From Eukaryota sp. TZLM1-RC (lineage: Eukaryota > Protista > Metamonada: BaSk clade), in assembly GCA_040285825.1 (NCBI GenBank), contig JAUPSS010000011.1, positions 124,001-188,000 of the forward strand: DNA of 64,000 bases, written 5' to 3'. Below, one piece after another: positions 23,011 to 35,298 of this stretch. The position numbers and the translations under genes are program-made. The stretch's first letter is position 1; the number at the start of each line of letters is the position of its first letter. Below the pieces are notes generated by a model, which did no database searches, had not been told where the DNA came from, and saw only the letters and a program-made list of their open reading frames with translations.

Positions 23011-24225
23011 AATGTCAACTATTGAAGGCAATTGAATTCTCTCTCGCAAGAAAAATTATTCCATTACATCCCGGATTTCTTCCCAGAAATCTTAGAATAA
23101 ATTGTTTATTATTTTTTTGAGTACTAAAAATGTACACGTGGATCAGCTGTACAACAAGATATCTACATTAGCTGATTTGTTTATTGACATCCAAAAGGGG
23201 ATGATGTGGCAGATGGAAACCAGATAGAAACAAACCCCTTGTTTTTAACGCTTTTCCATTTTCCATAAACAGAAGACTATCAGTGGAAGCAGGAATTTTT
23301 TTGAATGATTTCCAAATATTGGTTCAAGAAAAAACCATGAAGAGATTTTTGATTGAATTTAGTCCCATTAGTTCTACTTTTATTTTATTCTGTGTTGTAG
23401 TTCAAAAAAGGAAACATATTTGTTGTTGTTGTTTAAAATTATGATGGGTTGAATAGAAAATTTTTTCAAAATGGAAATCAAATTCTATTTCAGTGAAACA
23501 ATTTAATTATATGAATGAAAGAAATCCATTTTATCAATAAATACAGATTGAGAATTTAAATTTTGATTTGATTGTAACAAACTAACAAACCAGCGGACCT
23601 TTACAAAGTTGAACTCAATTCTTCAAACAAAAAAGACTAACAACTTACTATTGAATGAATATTCGTTTGAAGTGAAACAATTAAATACTGTCGCATAAGA
23701 GGAAGTTGTCGAGAAGAAGATTTCATTGAAATTCTGGAAAGAAGGTAAGAGTCTGAACTAACAAATTTTTAGTATTAATATGGTGAGGAAATTTGACCGA
23801 AACAATTCCAAACATTTTTCATTAAATAGCAACTTAAAAATGTCTCGTAATTTCAAATTAATAGACAACTAACTCCAAACTTTAAGTAATTGAGGCGATA
23901 TGATCAACTCTGATCAACCATTATGACAGAGGCTAAGAGAAGAGAAAAGTTGGAGTTTAAAGGAGCTGACGATGGAGAGGAATAGACATATAGGAAGAGA
24001 GTGGTGTGGTTTAGGGCGAGTCGAACAATTGGTTTAAGGGAACCAACTGCAGGTATAAGGTAAAAGAGAGTCAAAATTGAGTAGAAAAACGGTGAAAGAG
24101 TAAAGGGGAAGTTCTAAGGCTCGGAAAAGAAGGTAAGCGAGGGAGATAAGAATAAATGAGAAATGGACAATCCATAAAATACATCAAGTGTAAAATTTGA
24201 TAGATGAGCTGTCTATTTTCACTTC

Positions 24226-26218
24226 ATGTCAGACACCCCCTTCCCCTGTGTCATGTGTATTCACTCGCTCAAGTGCACTTAACTCGCTCCTGATTTCTAC
24301 TGCAATGCAACAAATTCGGTCTGACATTCCTTTGGTCACCGAGATTTGTCATGAAGTTGCTTTAATGCTTCAATCTTTTTTTCTGAATTTTCCGTTGGCA
24401 GCTAGAGCTTTAATGGAACAAGATGTATGGTATCTTTTTATGACGGTCATCACCACTGGTTCTTTTCCATGCCATCCACCTCCAAAGGACAACGCCAATT
24501 ATTCCATATCCTTTACAGTGGATTTTTTCCTGAATGCCCACAAGACAGGTCCCTTGTTTCTACATGGAAAAATTCTCTAGTTCCCCATAGAAATTCATTC
24601 AATATTTTGCTCAATGGATTGGCTGCAGGCACAAAGATGGAATTTTATTAATAGAAAAAGACTTTCTGCTTACCTTGCTTGTCGGGCTCATCAATTGGCA
24701 TCTAATGTTAAGACGAGTTTATCTAAAATTTGTCAATCCTGGACAACAAACTTCATTCGTGCTCATTGTAGAGCTCTGGATAAAACGAATGTTTTTGCCA
24801 GTTATCTTTTCTCTCTTATACCAGATTAACGCTTAGCACCTCTAGAAGCTACTGAAATAACAGAAATTGAGCAACTCAAAGAAGTAGTTATTCATTTCAT
24901 TCTCGAGTCTTACATCAATTTTTATCCTAATAATTCAAGAGCAAGATTGTTTTTATTAAATGCATGTAATTTTATCTTGAATCTTTCTCGGAGATTTCCT
25001 GCCACTGCTTTGTTACTACTGTCAAGTGATAGAATCCCCTTTTATTAAAGGAAATTGGTGAGCTTTTTCTCTTTAATCTGAATATTTCACAATACTTACT
25101 CACTGTTTTCATCATTTGCATTGCTGAAAGAAATTTAAAATAATACCTTTTGCTTCTCATAAAGGTTCAAAATTTCATGAGGTATCTTCACAAATTTTCC
25201 AATATGTGAAAAAATTCCCACTTATTGAATGAACAAATTCCAAAACAGGTTTTTCAAAAATAAATGTTGGAAACGAATTTTCAAACAATGCCCTTATCAA
25301 AAGTTTAATATCAACAAGAAAAGTTTGAAGAACAGATTTTAAAAAATTTTTTATTGAAAACTAGCGGTAATGAGCTACTTTTGACATTTGAACGTAACAC
25401 TAATGATTCAGAAACCACAAATGAGCTGGATGAACCACCGAAAAAGAAACAAAGATTGAAAAAAGAAATGAAAAGTGACCCTAATGCCAACAAAACCAGA
25501 GAAACACAGTTGAAGGGCACTAAAAAAATGCCCCATCCAAGACGCAAACAACCAGTCGAAATAATGTCTGAAAGGCCCCTTATTGGTGTTGATCTGGGAC
25601 AATCTAAATTATGTGGTTACTTCTTAAATGATTATCAATGTGGAGTTATCCCTTGTCCAACTGGCAGAAGATACATGACAAAACCTTCACCCAGTAAACA
25701 CTCTCCCAACCAATATTCCGTTCAAACTTTCAACCAATATTTGAACCATTGGAATTTGGTCAAAAGGAAAGTGTATTTGGAAAGTAATCGCCAAAAATGG
25801 AAAATAATTAAATTTGATAACCGAAGACAAAAAGAGAGACGGTTCAGAGAGAGTCTCAACAAATTTCAAAGGCTGGCTGGACATCCTGATAAACTCTATC
25901 TTGCTGTGGGTTCTGCTAATTTCCCTTCTCATTTCCGAAAAGTCAATCGATATGGATCCGCAAGGGCTTTTAGAAAATGGTTGTGTTATCAAAAGGACGT
26001 GAAGCACTTGTCAACCAGTGAATTTAATACAAGCAAACTGTCAAGTTGTTGCATGGCCGAGAATATTCAAGCAGGCTCATGGCAGATGCGTATTTGTAAT
26101 GAGTGTCAAATAGTATATGACAGAGATATTTCCGCTGCAAAAAAATATTCAAATTAAGAAGAAAGCGGAATTGTGGCCGGAAAGATACATTTGCCCAGAA
26201 GCTCTGTTGAGGAGATGA
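24226..26218 (+). pseudogene. Decayed Fanzor1-like nuclease (locus Fz-C), same subfamily as Fz-B
   Basis: N-terminal helix aligns by eye with Fz-B; RuvC-I IGVDLG, AVGSANF, SEFNTS, CC...CNEC, DRDISAA; removing one A near 26140 gives KNIQIKKKAELWPERYICPEALLRR*; several upstream frameshifts and stops. Confidence 0.85.
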
Positions 26219-26270
26219 ATAGGGAACGTGAGCATACAGAAACAAAAACTTTGAAAAAACTTTTGGGACC

Positions 26271-26752
26271 GATCTACAAATACCTTAGTAGCATTTGGTA
26301 GATCCAATTAGATACATCAAGTCGCGAGGCTTTGTTCTGTGAAAGCAGTAGGTGTATTTAAGTGAGGTAGCCCATTGATGAAGATCATGATTGTCTTTGT
26401 CAAATGACGCTACATGTTTCTTACATCCTGTGAGTAGACATTGAGAAAGTTGAAAACAGGAGTGAATTTCACAGGGGAATGCATGATAAGAGAAATTCAC
26501 AGTACCAAATTTCTGTGAAATTGCAACTAGTGAGCACTACTATGGAACAAGACCAGAAGCGTTCCAGAGACCACAAAGAAACTAGCTTGAAAGCTACGCA
26601 TTGTTCTAGAGGAGAAATGGGCTCACTGAGATTCGTGGCCAATTATACGATAATTCTAGAACGTCTGTGGACGATCTCACCAAGGATGAAAGTTCTTGGA
26701 ATAAGTTTGAATGATGCTTGACGAAAGTATGCATTTCAAATGAAAACCACAG
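26271..26752 (+). ncRNA. Large multidomain structured RNA ending in an omega-RNA core (Fz-C)
   Basis: More than 12 nested helices with G-U pairs and GNRA loops; pseudoknot TCTGTGG(26664-70)/CCACAGA(26747-53); 3' motif shared with Fz-B. Confidence 0.75.
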
Positions 26753-26816
26753 ATTTACAAAATCCCTACTCAAAATAATTTAGAGTATCACATCTCCTTC
26801 AACAACTTTTTCTTTT

Positions 26817-27458
26817 ATGTTTAGCACTTTTAGTGTCAAGTTTGGTCAAGGGCTACTGCAGAAAATGGGTTGGGAACAGGGCCAAGCTTTAGGACCTGAT
26901 TCTTCTTCTTCAAAACCCAACACGGAGGTGTCCTTTCATGGTTCATCCGGTCTTGGTTTTGATGATGAACGTTTAGATCAGTCTATTGACTTCATGGCTA
27001 ATGTTTACTCAAATTCTTCTATCCAAAATGTAAATGTGTCGGATTCCGAAACTACCTCAGAGAGTGAACCACCACCTGTTGTTAATGTTAGAAGGACACG
27101 ATATGCAAGGAGAACTTTTTCAAAGGACTTGGCTAATTATTCTGCTGATGACCTTCGTCAGATCTTTGGTAATTCTGATGTCAAGAATCCCAGTGTCGTC
27201 AACAAAGGAGAGTGTAGAAAGAACCAAACACAGTTGCCAAAGGACAATCCTACTGTTGTTGATGGACAAAATAAAATTAAGGAAAAAGTAAAAACAAGTA
27301 TCACTAAAGAGGAGAAACAGAAGAAGATGAAGACTTCAAAGGAATATGCTGTAGAAAGTTCAAAAACTAAGACGTCTAAACCAAAGAGTAGTCGTAAGAC
27401 CAAAAGTTCTTCAGAAAACACAATTGCTAAAAAGAAGAAAAGGAAACAAGAAGCTTGA
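26817..27458 (+). CDS. G-patch domain protein (PINX1/GPATCH4-like)
   Basis: FGQGLLQKMGWEQGQALG...GLG G-patch; KDLANYSADDLRQIFG; Lys-rich tail. Confidence 0.8.
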   Translation: MFSTFSVKFGQGLLQKMGWEQGQALGPDSSSSKPNTEVSFHGSSGLGFDDERLDQSIDFMANVYSNSSIQNVNVSDSETTSESEPPPVVNVRRTRYARRTFSKDLANYSADDLRQIFGNSDVKNPSVVNKGECRKNQTQLPKDNPTVVDGQNKIKEKVKTSITKEEKQKKMKTSKEYAVESSKTKTSKPKSSRKTKSSSENTIAKKKKRKQEA

Positions 27459-30427
27459 GTTTGTGTCCACTTAAGATTAAGGTTTTTTCATTATTATCAA
27501 TAGTTTTGTTTAGTTTTAATTTATTTGAACTTAATATTAGTTATTTCTACCCATTCAAATATTAGTTGGTGTTTTAAAAACAGTCTTATTGCGTACCATG
27601 ATTAAGTTTTTGAATATGAAATCGCAAAATCAAGAATTTCATTGTGATTCAAGCTTTTCACCTTAAAATGATAGTTTTCCCCAACACTCGAAACACCATA
27701 AAATGGTCGAAATTGAATACCTCTGCTGGGCTGTCAACAACCTGCTGTTTACCACTGTTGCTCTGACCGAAACTTCCTGGAATTTTCAAAACCTTCACAT
27801 TTTTATTTTATTAACTGTTCTATTTTTCTGTTTTTCAGTTGTATCCACGAATTAGCATTCTTAAATCAATTTTGATTGTAAAATCTTTAAAAATGTATTA
27901 GAAATGTATTAAAAATTACTTTGGAATGTATGATGTACAGATGACACATCATTAGTTGGAAAATTCTGTTATCTCTCTTTTAACTAAATAGACTAATTGA
28001 ACAACTGATAAATGAACATCTTAATTGCGCATTTTTAACACAACATGCAACTAGTTGCTTCCATGGTGACCTCCAAGAGAAAACAGGGCATCAGAAAACA
28101 TCTTCGACACCCCCTGAAAGAGGAGGAATTAACAAATTTATTCTGCCTCGGTAATCCGTTAAAACTTCTGTTGATCGTTTACCTTAATTGTGTAAACAAA
28201 AACTGCCAGAAAACGTAATGCAATTGGAGCGAAAAAACCAAATGGACAACATACAGAAGGATACAAATTGTATTTTGCATGCTGTTGGGTAGACAATTTG
28301 GACAAAGGCTTGCTATATTTGTTCATTTTAAAATTTTCATCCTTTTAAAGAGGATTATGAACTCTATATTAACTCACCTTTCATTAGAGACATTACAAAC
28401 GTCAACAGACATCACAACCAGTAAAATGGACGGGCCATTATCTTGAAAGTAGCTTAGCTGACAATTAAGCAAATATAAGACTCGCCATCATCTTGAATAT
28501 AACAATAATGATTGGTAAATAGATGACGAATGTTGCTTCAATTTATTCTTTCACTGCTTTTGCTTATTGCTTCACAGATTGTGACATGTTTGATGATGCT
28601 TATATTAATAACAACCTTCAACTTCAAACCCAATGAAATGATCGTATAACAATTGTGAATAAATTTTACCACTCAGAGGTTATGATAAGGTTGTTTCTTA
28701 TAAAGTGCTTGGTTATCAACGTTGATAAGTAATAATTTTCCTCTAACACACGGAACGTTGAATAAAATTATAATAGATTTGTATGAACAATTGTAGATCA
28801 AATTTAGTGCAAAAAAAAGATTTAAAATATTTCAAAATGTCCTTTTACGAAAGTTTTCAAATTTGCTCCTGCAATGTTTTGAAATTCATTGATAGCTATA
28901 CTGCATCTAATGCAAACAACACTGTCAAAGGAGAACATAATTTGTTCTCTCTCACAACTGTACTAAGCCTAAAGTTTTGTATTTCAAATATTCCCATTAT
29001 ACACTAACCCACTCAAATTGTTTAAGTTGAATGCTACCAGGTATATCGTCTGAAAGAATTCAGAAAGAATATCTTAATTACACATTTTTTATGCTGCTCT
29101 TGTTCGTGGAATGAGATACGGTGCTGAGGATGTTATGAGTAAATACTCTAGCCCTATCCGACCTCAAGATTATTCAAAATTAATTAGAAATTCAAACTTT
29201 TTGACTGATAGCAATGAATTGAATGATTAAAATATTCCTTTGAGTAAATCTAGATTGACTTATTTATTATCTGCTGATCATACGCCTTCAACAAAAAATG
29301 ACAAAAATCAAATGATTATATAATTTGTATTTTAATGAAAGAATGAATACTGGAAAAACATCATTTGTTATATCAAATTTAGTCATTGGAGATTTCATGC
29401 ACGTTCATTCAATTGAACATGATCACCGATTGAACGAAATCTTTCGTGTCAATTATATCACTGTATTTCGTGGTAAACAACAAAACAGAATAAATTGTTC
29501 TTTTATTGAACGTTTAATTGAGGAATATGATTCAAATACACACGAGAATGGATTATGTGGTGAATACGAATTTGTTAAAAATACATTTTCTGCAACTAAT
29601 TCATTCCCTAATGCATTAGTAGAAGTGATGTCGAATCACTTCGTTTACTTAACGTTACCCGGGTCTGATCGCTATAGATCACTATTGTTGACCCTCGTAA
29701 CAATAATTGTAATTGTAGTATTCTGATTTACTAATATGCTATTCTTATTCTTTAGAAAAGGCTGAAAAAGCGAATGTTGAACAGTATATGAGCCGAATTC
29801 AAGTTTTTAATTATGTTTATATGAATTAATGTTTTAAACCATTCGCTATCCAACTATGAGGAATTCTCGGTGCAAGTGCAAAATTCTTTTTGGATTTTTG
29901 TTCAAAAATTGTCTGAGGAAATTTGAAAAACTTTCAAGGCGATTTACTGAATGAATGAGCTTTATTGTCAGTATTTAAATATATAGAATGCAAGTAGAAA
30001 ATTCGTATTGTTAAGAATTGCGGTTTTAATCCTAGTCAACAGCAGTAGAATTAAATGAGGAAGAATTGAATACATTAGCTACTTTTTCAATTGTTTTGTT
30101 TAATACTAGTTTACTTGGTTTGTTTCCTTTGCAATAAAACACGTTTGGCATACCAGGAATAAGACTCAAAGAATAGTCGCCAGAAGAATGGAATTTAAAG
30201 AATATTGGATGTTGCTGAGATGAAATTCATCTAAATATAGTAGCTTTTGACAAATAATGGTCGTTTTTCTATACAGGTATCCATAGCTCAAATATATGAA
30301 ATTGAGCTTTACGCCAAACACAAGATGTTGTTATATAACTTTTCATTTGTTTGAGTCAATGAGACACAACATAATAAATAAATAAACTGCATGAATAATT
30401 CTCAGTCGAAATGGAAAATAATACAAT

Positions 30428-31239
30428 TCAATTTTCGAAACTAATAGTAATTGTTAAAAGTAAACATGTGCTGCACACATAGAATAACCACCTCAAAAAG
30501 GAATCATTTGAAAAGAAATAACTATTGTCGTTTTTATTAAGATCAAAGAGATAATTCCTGATTTGGGACCAAGAAAAGAAATATCGCCCAGAAGTGAGTT
30601 CCATAATCTCCTCTTTATCTTTTTCTGCTGCCTCATCATAAATTCCAATAGAGACTGCATTGGCGGCATTAGCAGCCTTGGTACCAACAACAGTATCTTC
30701 AAAAACTAAACACTTCGAGGGCTCAACTTGGAGCTCACTGGCTACTGCTAGAAAAACATGTGGGTTTGGTTTACCTATGGTGAGAGCAAGGAAGATATAC
30801 CTTTTTTAACTTCCCCTGAAGTTTTAGTTGATGTGAAATAATGATCAATACCTAGTCGTTTCAGTGTTCTGTCAAGTACAACACGATCGTTTGAAGTTCC
30901 TATGCCTAACGGTATACCTTTTGAATGAAGAAGTTTTACGACATCTAATGCTCCAGGTTTAAGATCACATGTATCATATAAATGACTGGCTGCAGTCCTC
31001 CACTCGCTCATGACCTCTTCTGGAGTCTCTTTCAGAGAGAACCGGTTTATAAAGTATTCAGCAGTTTCTCGAAAGGATTTTCCGAAAATTTGATCACCAA
31101 GATCTTTAGGAACCGCAATATTTCGCTTGGAGAGGAATTGCCCATCGATTGTTTTCCAGAGAGGCATAGAATCCAAAAGAGTACCATCTAGATCAAAGAT
31201 CACAGCTTCAAAAGTGGGAGTTGATGTGTTAAAGATCAT
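30428..31239 (-). CDS. HAD-family phosphatase (beta-PGM/CbbY-like) with a ~26-nt intron near 30774-30800
   Basis: FDLDGTL motif I, GTS motif II, G|KPNP and VFED motifs after splicing; stop position read by eye. Confidence 0.85.
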
Positions 31240-31299
31240 GAGAAAGAAGAGAAGATTCAATACAGGGAAAATTGTTAAAACATGAGGGTCAAATTTCAT

Positions 31300-32150
31300 C
31301 TCCACTAAAGACGGATGGATTGTATGAAAACCATCAGATTAAAGGTTTGTTGGAATTCAAACACGCTTCTATTAAAAAGGATAAAGTGTTGACACAATGT
31401 TTATATTATTTAAAACAATTTGATTCATTGGGATTGTATTTACCAAATATTATACTAGTTGGAAATGAGGAGGAATGGTTTGTAACACACACAAATTCAT
31501 TGAAAGAATATTTAGTATCGGATTTAGATTGGACAATAGCTCCATCTAATGCACCAGAAATTGAATTTGACATCAATCCTTTACTCAGACCATTTGAATC
31601 TGATATCTATGGAGAATTGTTGGAATTGTCAAAATTACAAACTGATATTGTTTTAACAAAAACAAATATTGTGGAATATTTTGAACACTTTCATTATAAA
31701 ATTTTAAAACAAAAATGAGTGTTAATGGTGCTGTGAATTTGTTTATTCAAATATTGATCAATCCTGATGAGTATTGTTTGCGTCCAAAAAGACGCCATGT
31801 GTTGTTATCAAATACAAAGGTCAATGGAAATAATTTCAAAGCATTATTTGATAGAATTAAATTAACACCCATTCAAAATACACTTGTAACTAGTTTATCA
31901 GATGATGATCTGGATGGGTTAGACATAAAGTATACCTAAAATGTAAAGAGATTTATTGCAGGGGAAAGAGGATTTCCCTCAACTTGAGCGCATGGGCGCA
32001 TTTGTACAATAAACTATAAATAAACTATAATTACAAATATTATCCAAGGCTAACACAGATAGATTAATTGAGGATTCTATTCGAAGATTAAAGGGTGAAT
32101 TTTACACTCCACCAAAATATGCAAATTTAGCACATCATTATCCCACCTAA
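31300..32150 (+). pseudogene. Fragment of a bacterial-type fused restriction-modification (type IIG-like) gene
   Basis: TDG...LLEFK PD-(D/E)XK-like motif, QCLYYLK, DWTIAPS; at 32048-32140 DRLIEDSIRRLKGEFYTPPKYANLAHHY (methyltransferase motif X); frameshifted and truncated. Confidence 0.6.
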
Positions 32151-32489
32151 AGATTATTATCTAAAGATATTACCCACCAGAAAATCTATACGAAGCGTAA
32201 ATTTCTTCAAGTGTACGTTCAGTTGAGTGGAGCAGCTTGATTTTTGGAGTAATACCATCGGTTTGTAAAGCAGTGGAGGGACGTTTTCTTTTGGATGTAT
32301 CTTCAACAAATTCCATTGGTGAAATGATGTATTGTAGATTGTAATAGCCAGATAATATTAAATATATTTATTATTTTATTATTAGTAGACATCTCAAATA
32401 ATATCTGCAAACTAGGTATAAATTGAACGAAAACTATTGATCATCCTCTTTCAAATCACATAGGGGCACAACTTGAGAGAGCCACGTAT

Positions 32490-32853
32490 ATGGATTTGTT
32501 ATTCACTAATCATGGAAGTAAAGCTGCGTTGGCAGAGGTGTCACATCTGCGCACATGAGCCGTACTGAACAGCGAATGCTGTGTTGGCGGACTCTCACCA
32601 GATGCTGACACCTCTGTACGTAGGTTTCAGACTAGGCAGTGAGTACTTGTGACAGTGGTTACTACAGGGTTTCAGAAAACCTTCCAGTATTTGTAGGGGT
32701 CACTGTTTGTGCCAGAAGGGATAGTTCTTATTAGATAGTTGTTATTTCAGTCTACTTCAACCAGTAGGCAGCTACTTCGGTAGTATTGATCATTGATCAT
32801 GAAAGTAATGTAGGATGAAGAAACGGTCTTCCATGGAAATTCATTTGGTTTTT
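32490..32853 (+). ncRNA. Orphan structured RNA candidate of ~360 nt with a T5 terminator-like end
   Basis: End-closing helices ATGGATTT/AAATTCAT and CATGGAAG/CTTCCATG; 18-bp stem 32532-32617; long stem 32651-32707; GCTAC-TTCG-GTAGT; TTTTT at 32849-53. Confidence 0.6.
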
Positions 32854-32859
32854 GTCAGA

Positions 32860-33970
32860 GCAGTGTCTTCTTGGAATCTTTTTGTACAACTTGATGAGGG
32901 GACATGTCAGCGATCATTTCTTGAGTAAAGAAATTTTTGTGTAAGAATTTATTGAAAACTAAACAACAATAGTCCATATTTGAATGAGTTATCTTGAGCT
33001 CGCAAGACTGCCACCACAAATCTAGACCAAATGTTTTTCCCAATCAATGCAAGAAATTCTGAACCAATCTCTTTTTAATTTACAATTTTGCTGTGAAAAC
33101 TGCAGCAAAGATTGTCAAAGATTTTTGGAAGCCTGTATTCTTATGTTAGACTTGGCTTGGTTATGAAAAAAAAAACCCCTTTTGCAAAACTTTTACAACA
33201 AATGTGTGATAGTACATCTTCTGCTTTAATCACAATCATTCTCCATGTTTATGGCACTCTCATAACTCATTCTGCTTAGATTTTGATTGTGAGACGTCGT
33301 GCCTTTATCTGGCCTGATAATCTACCTCATAATTTAATTTGCAAATGTTCTCGAAAAATTACAATAACTCACTTGTTGAATTACAGACATTCTATTAGCT
33401 TTAGAAGCAGGGTTCATGATGCTGTAAGAGACCAATTATATTCTATGTGCCAGTCTCATGGAATTGAATATTTTTTTTGGAACCTCTGTTGTCAAATCTG
33501 TTTGCTGAAGATGATTTTTATAAGAAAAATAGAGGTAGTGTTATTTTACCTGGATTAGATGGAACGTTGATTTTTGCGGATGTGTCGACTGTTGGCCCTC
33601 GTAATGTCTCAAATGAAAGTTTAGTTAATTCTGAAATTCATAATCCTCTTTCAAATGCAGAAAATTTCAAATTTAAACAAATGCAGTAAACCTTTATCCA
33701 AGTTGTCTACCCGAAAACATGCAAAAAACCACCTGTGTCCATTTGTATTTTCTCTATTTGGTCACTTGCTCCCACCACTTTACGTTTTTGGTGGAATTAA
33801 ACTAATCGTTAAAAGAAGGACCAATGGAAATTGCAGCTTGTATGGGCAAAATAGAATCGTCTTTTCTGTTTTGAAGCGGATGTTGAAGATGTCTTCTAAT
33901 GCTCTGCTTTCTCCTGGATCTCACTATGAGACAGTTTCATTTGGTTGTTTTGTTTTGTGCTAGATGGATT
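32860..33970 (+). mobile_element. 5'-truncated RLE-type (CRE-like) non-LTR retrotransposon
   Basis: CKC...HL...RSRVHDAVRD, EPLLS, RG.VILPGLDG, NPLSNAE; similar to 9915-10458 and 61215-61440. Confidence 0.7.
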
Positions 33971-35298
33971 ATATATTTATTTACAAATTAGTAAAACAAA
34001 CAATGTATAAGTGAAAGGACTGGAGATGTTTGAGCAATCAGAAACTGAAATTCTGAAATGTAGTCAAAAACTTATGCGAGAAGTGTGTTTTATTGCAAAA
34101 ACAACACTTTTGCAAATTTTGGAAAGGGATTGCGCTGGTACCAATTAACCCATTTAATAACTTGAAGATTTACAACAAGGCTTGAAATCACTGAACTTGG
34201 GGAATTATTCCATAATACTTTTGGGAATGAGAATTGAAGCAATTCATGGTCTCTCCTTCAGTGATCTTAGAGGAATTTTGCCATTCCTTTTCAAGTAGCA
34301 TAAATTTTTTAAAATTCCCCACATATATTTCTGAATTTATAGATTTTCATCTGAATCAAAAATCAAGTACATAGTTGATGCAACCATGAGTGAATTGGTC
34401 AAATACATTAATAAATCATTACAATGTGAACATGTATTTACGGAAACTAAAACGGAATACAATAGGAATCAGCAAGGTTATTTAAAAAAATCTCTTTCAT
34501 CAGTTAGTTGAGAAATGAGACTTGGGAAATATTCGTGCTCTTCATTCATAAGAACTTCTCAGTGGTTTCAACGGTTTTGTTTTTGGGAGATTCACGGATA
34601 GTTTGCGTCATAATATTGGACGTAAATCAAGTAATAAATAAAATAAAATAAAATAAAATACTTAATTTTGGAGCTTTGTGGCTGTTCATGTATTTAGGGA
34701 ATTAACAAACAATGTAATTTGTTAGTAAAATAAAAGAGACGTTTTGAGGAAGAATTGCCATATGCTTTGAGTTTGAGTCGTAATTAGGCATATTAGGGAA
34801 AGCCAGAAACAGCGTATTTTTGTATAAAAATTGTAGAATAGATTTTATTTAAAAGATTAGGTACACTAGTGTATTTGTTGGCACATCAATTAAAAATAGA
34901 ACTGTTCTTGGCGTCAGATTCGATCATCAATACTGGAATTCTGACAGCTAAAAAACCACGTTTGATTTTTATGGTCGAAAAAAACCCAAGCCCTGGTCGG
35001 AACCCTCAAATATCTTGAATTAGGTAGATTAATGTACTACGAAAAAAATTAGTCTAAGGTACACTAATTTTTGCATACTGAAATATCTATCAAGACATTT
35101 ACTCTCGGGTATTTTAATTCTTGTGCTGAGGTTTTTAAAATGGAAAAACAATTAATCTTAGATTAAAAGTAGTGTTGATTGAGTGTAATATACAGCTCTC
35201 CTACAGTTTCTCCGAAAATCGATGCACGAATTGTATTCCCAGACCGACTTTGATATGAAAAAAGAATATCATCAGATAGATACTACATTATCTTGTGT

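Noticed and set aside
19140-26752. Terminal inverted repeats or Helitron ends for Fz-B and Fz-C
   Set aside because: No convincing TIR pair or CTRR end was found; the left boundaries remain undefined.
26219-26753. Group I intron (IStron-like) or hammerhead identity for the large RNA
   Set aside because: No recognisable P7/J8-7 or CUGAUGA..GAAA core by eye; left unassigned pending a covariance-model search.
29325-29726. 133-aa ORF with a hydrophobic C-terminus
   Set aside because: No recognisable motif and interrupted upstream frames; cannot be assigned.
32555-32596. GAGCCGTAC...GCGGACTC resembles group II intron domain V, and ATGA..AA..GA resembles a SECIS element
   Set aside because: It is nested in a 5' rod with no domain VI or intron ends. 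The SECIS helix II would be too short and no selenoprotein ORF lies upstream.
34633-34660. (AAAAT)n run
   Set aside because: An ordinary microsatellite. No CRISPR-like repeat-spacer array was seen here or elsewhere in the window.
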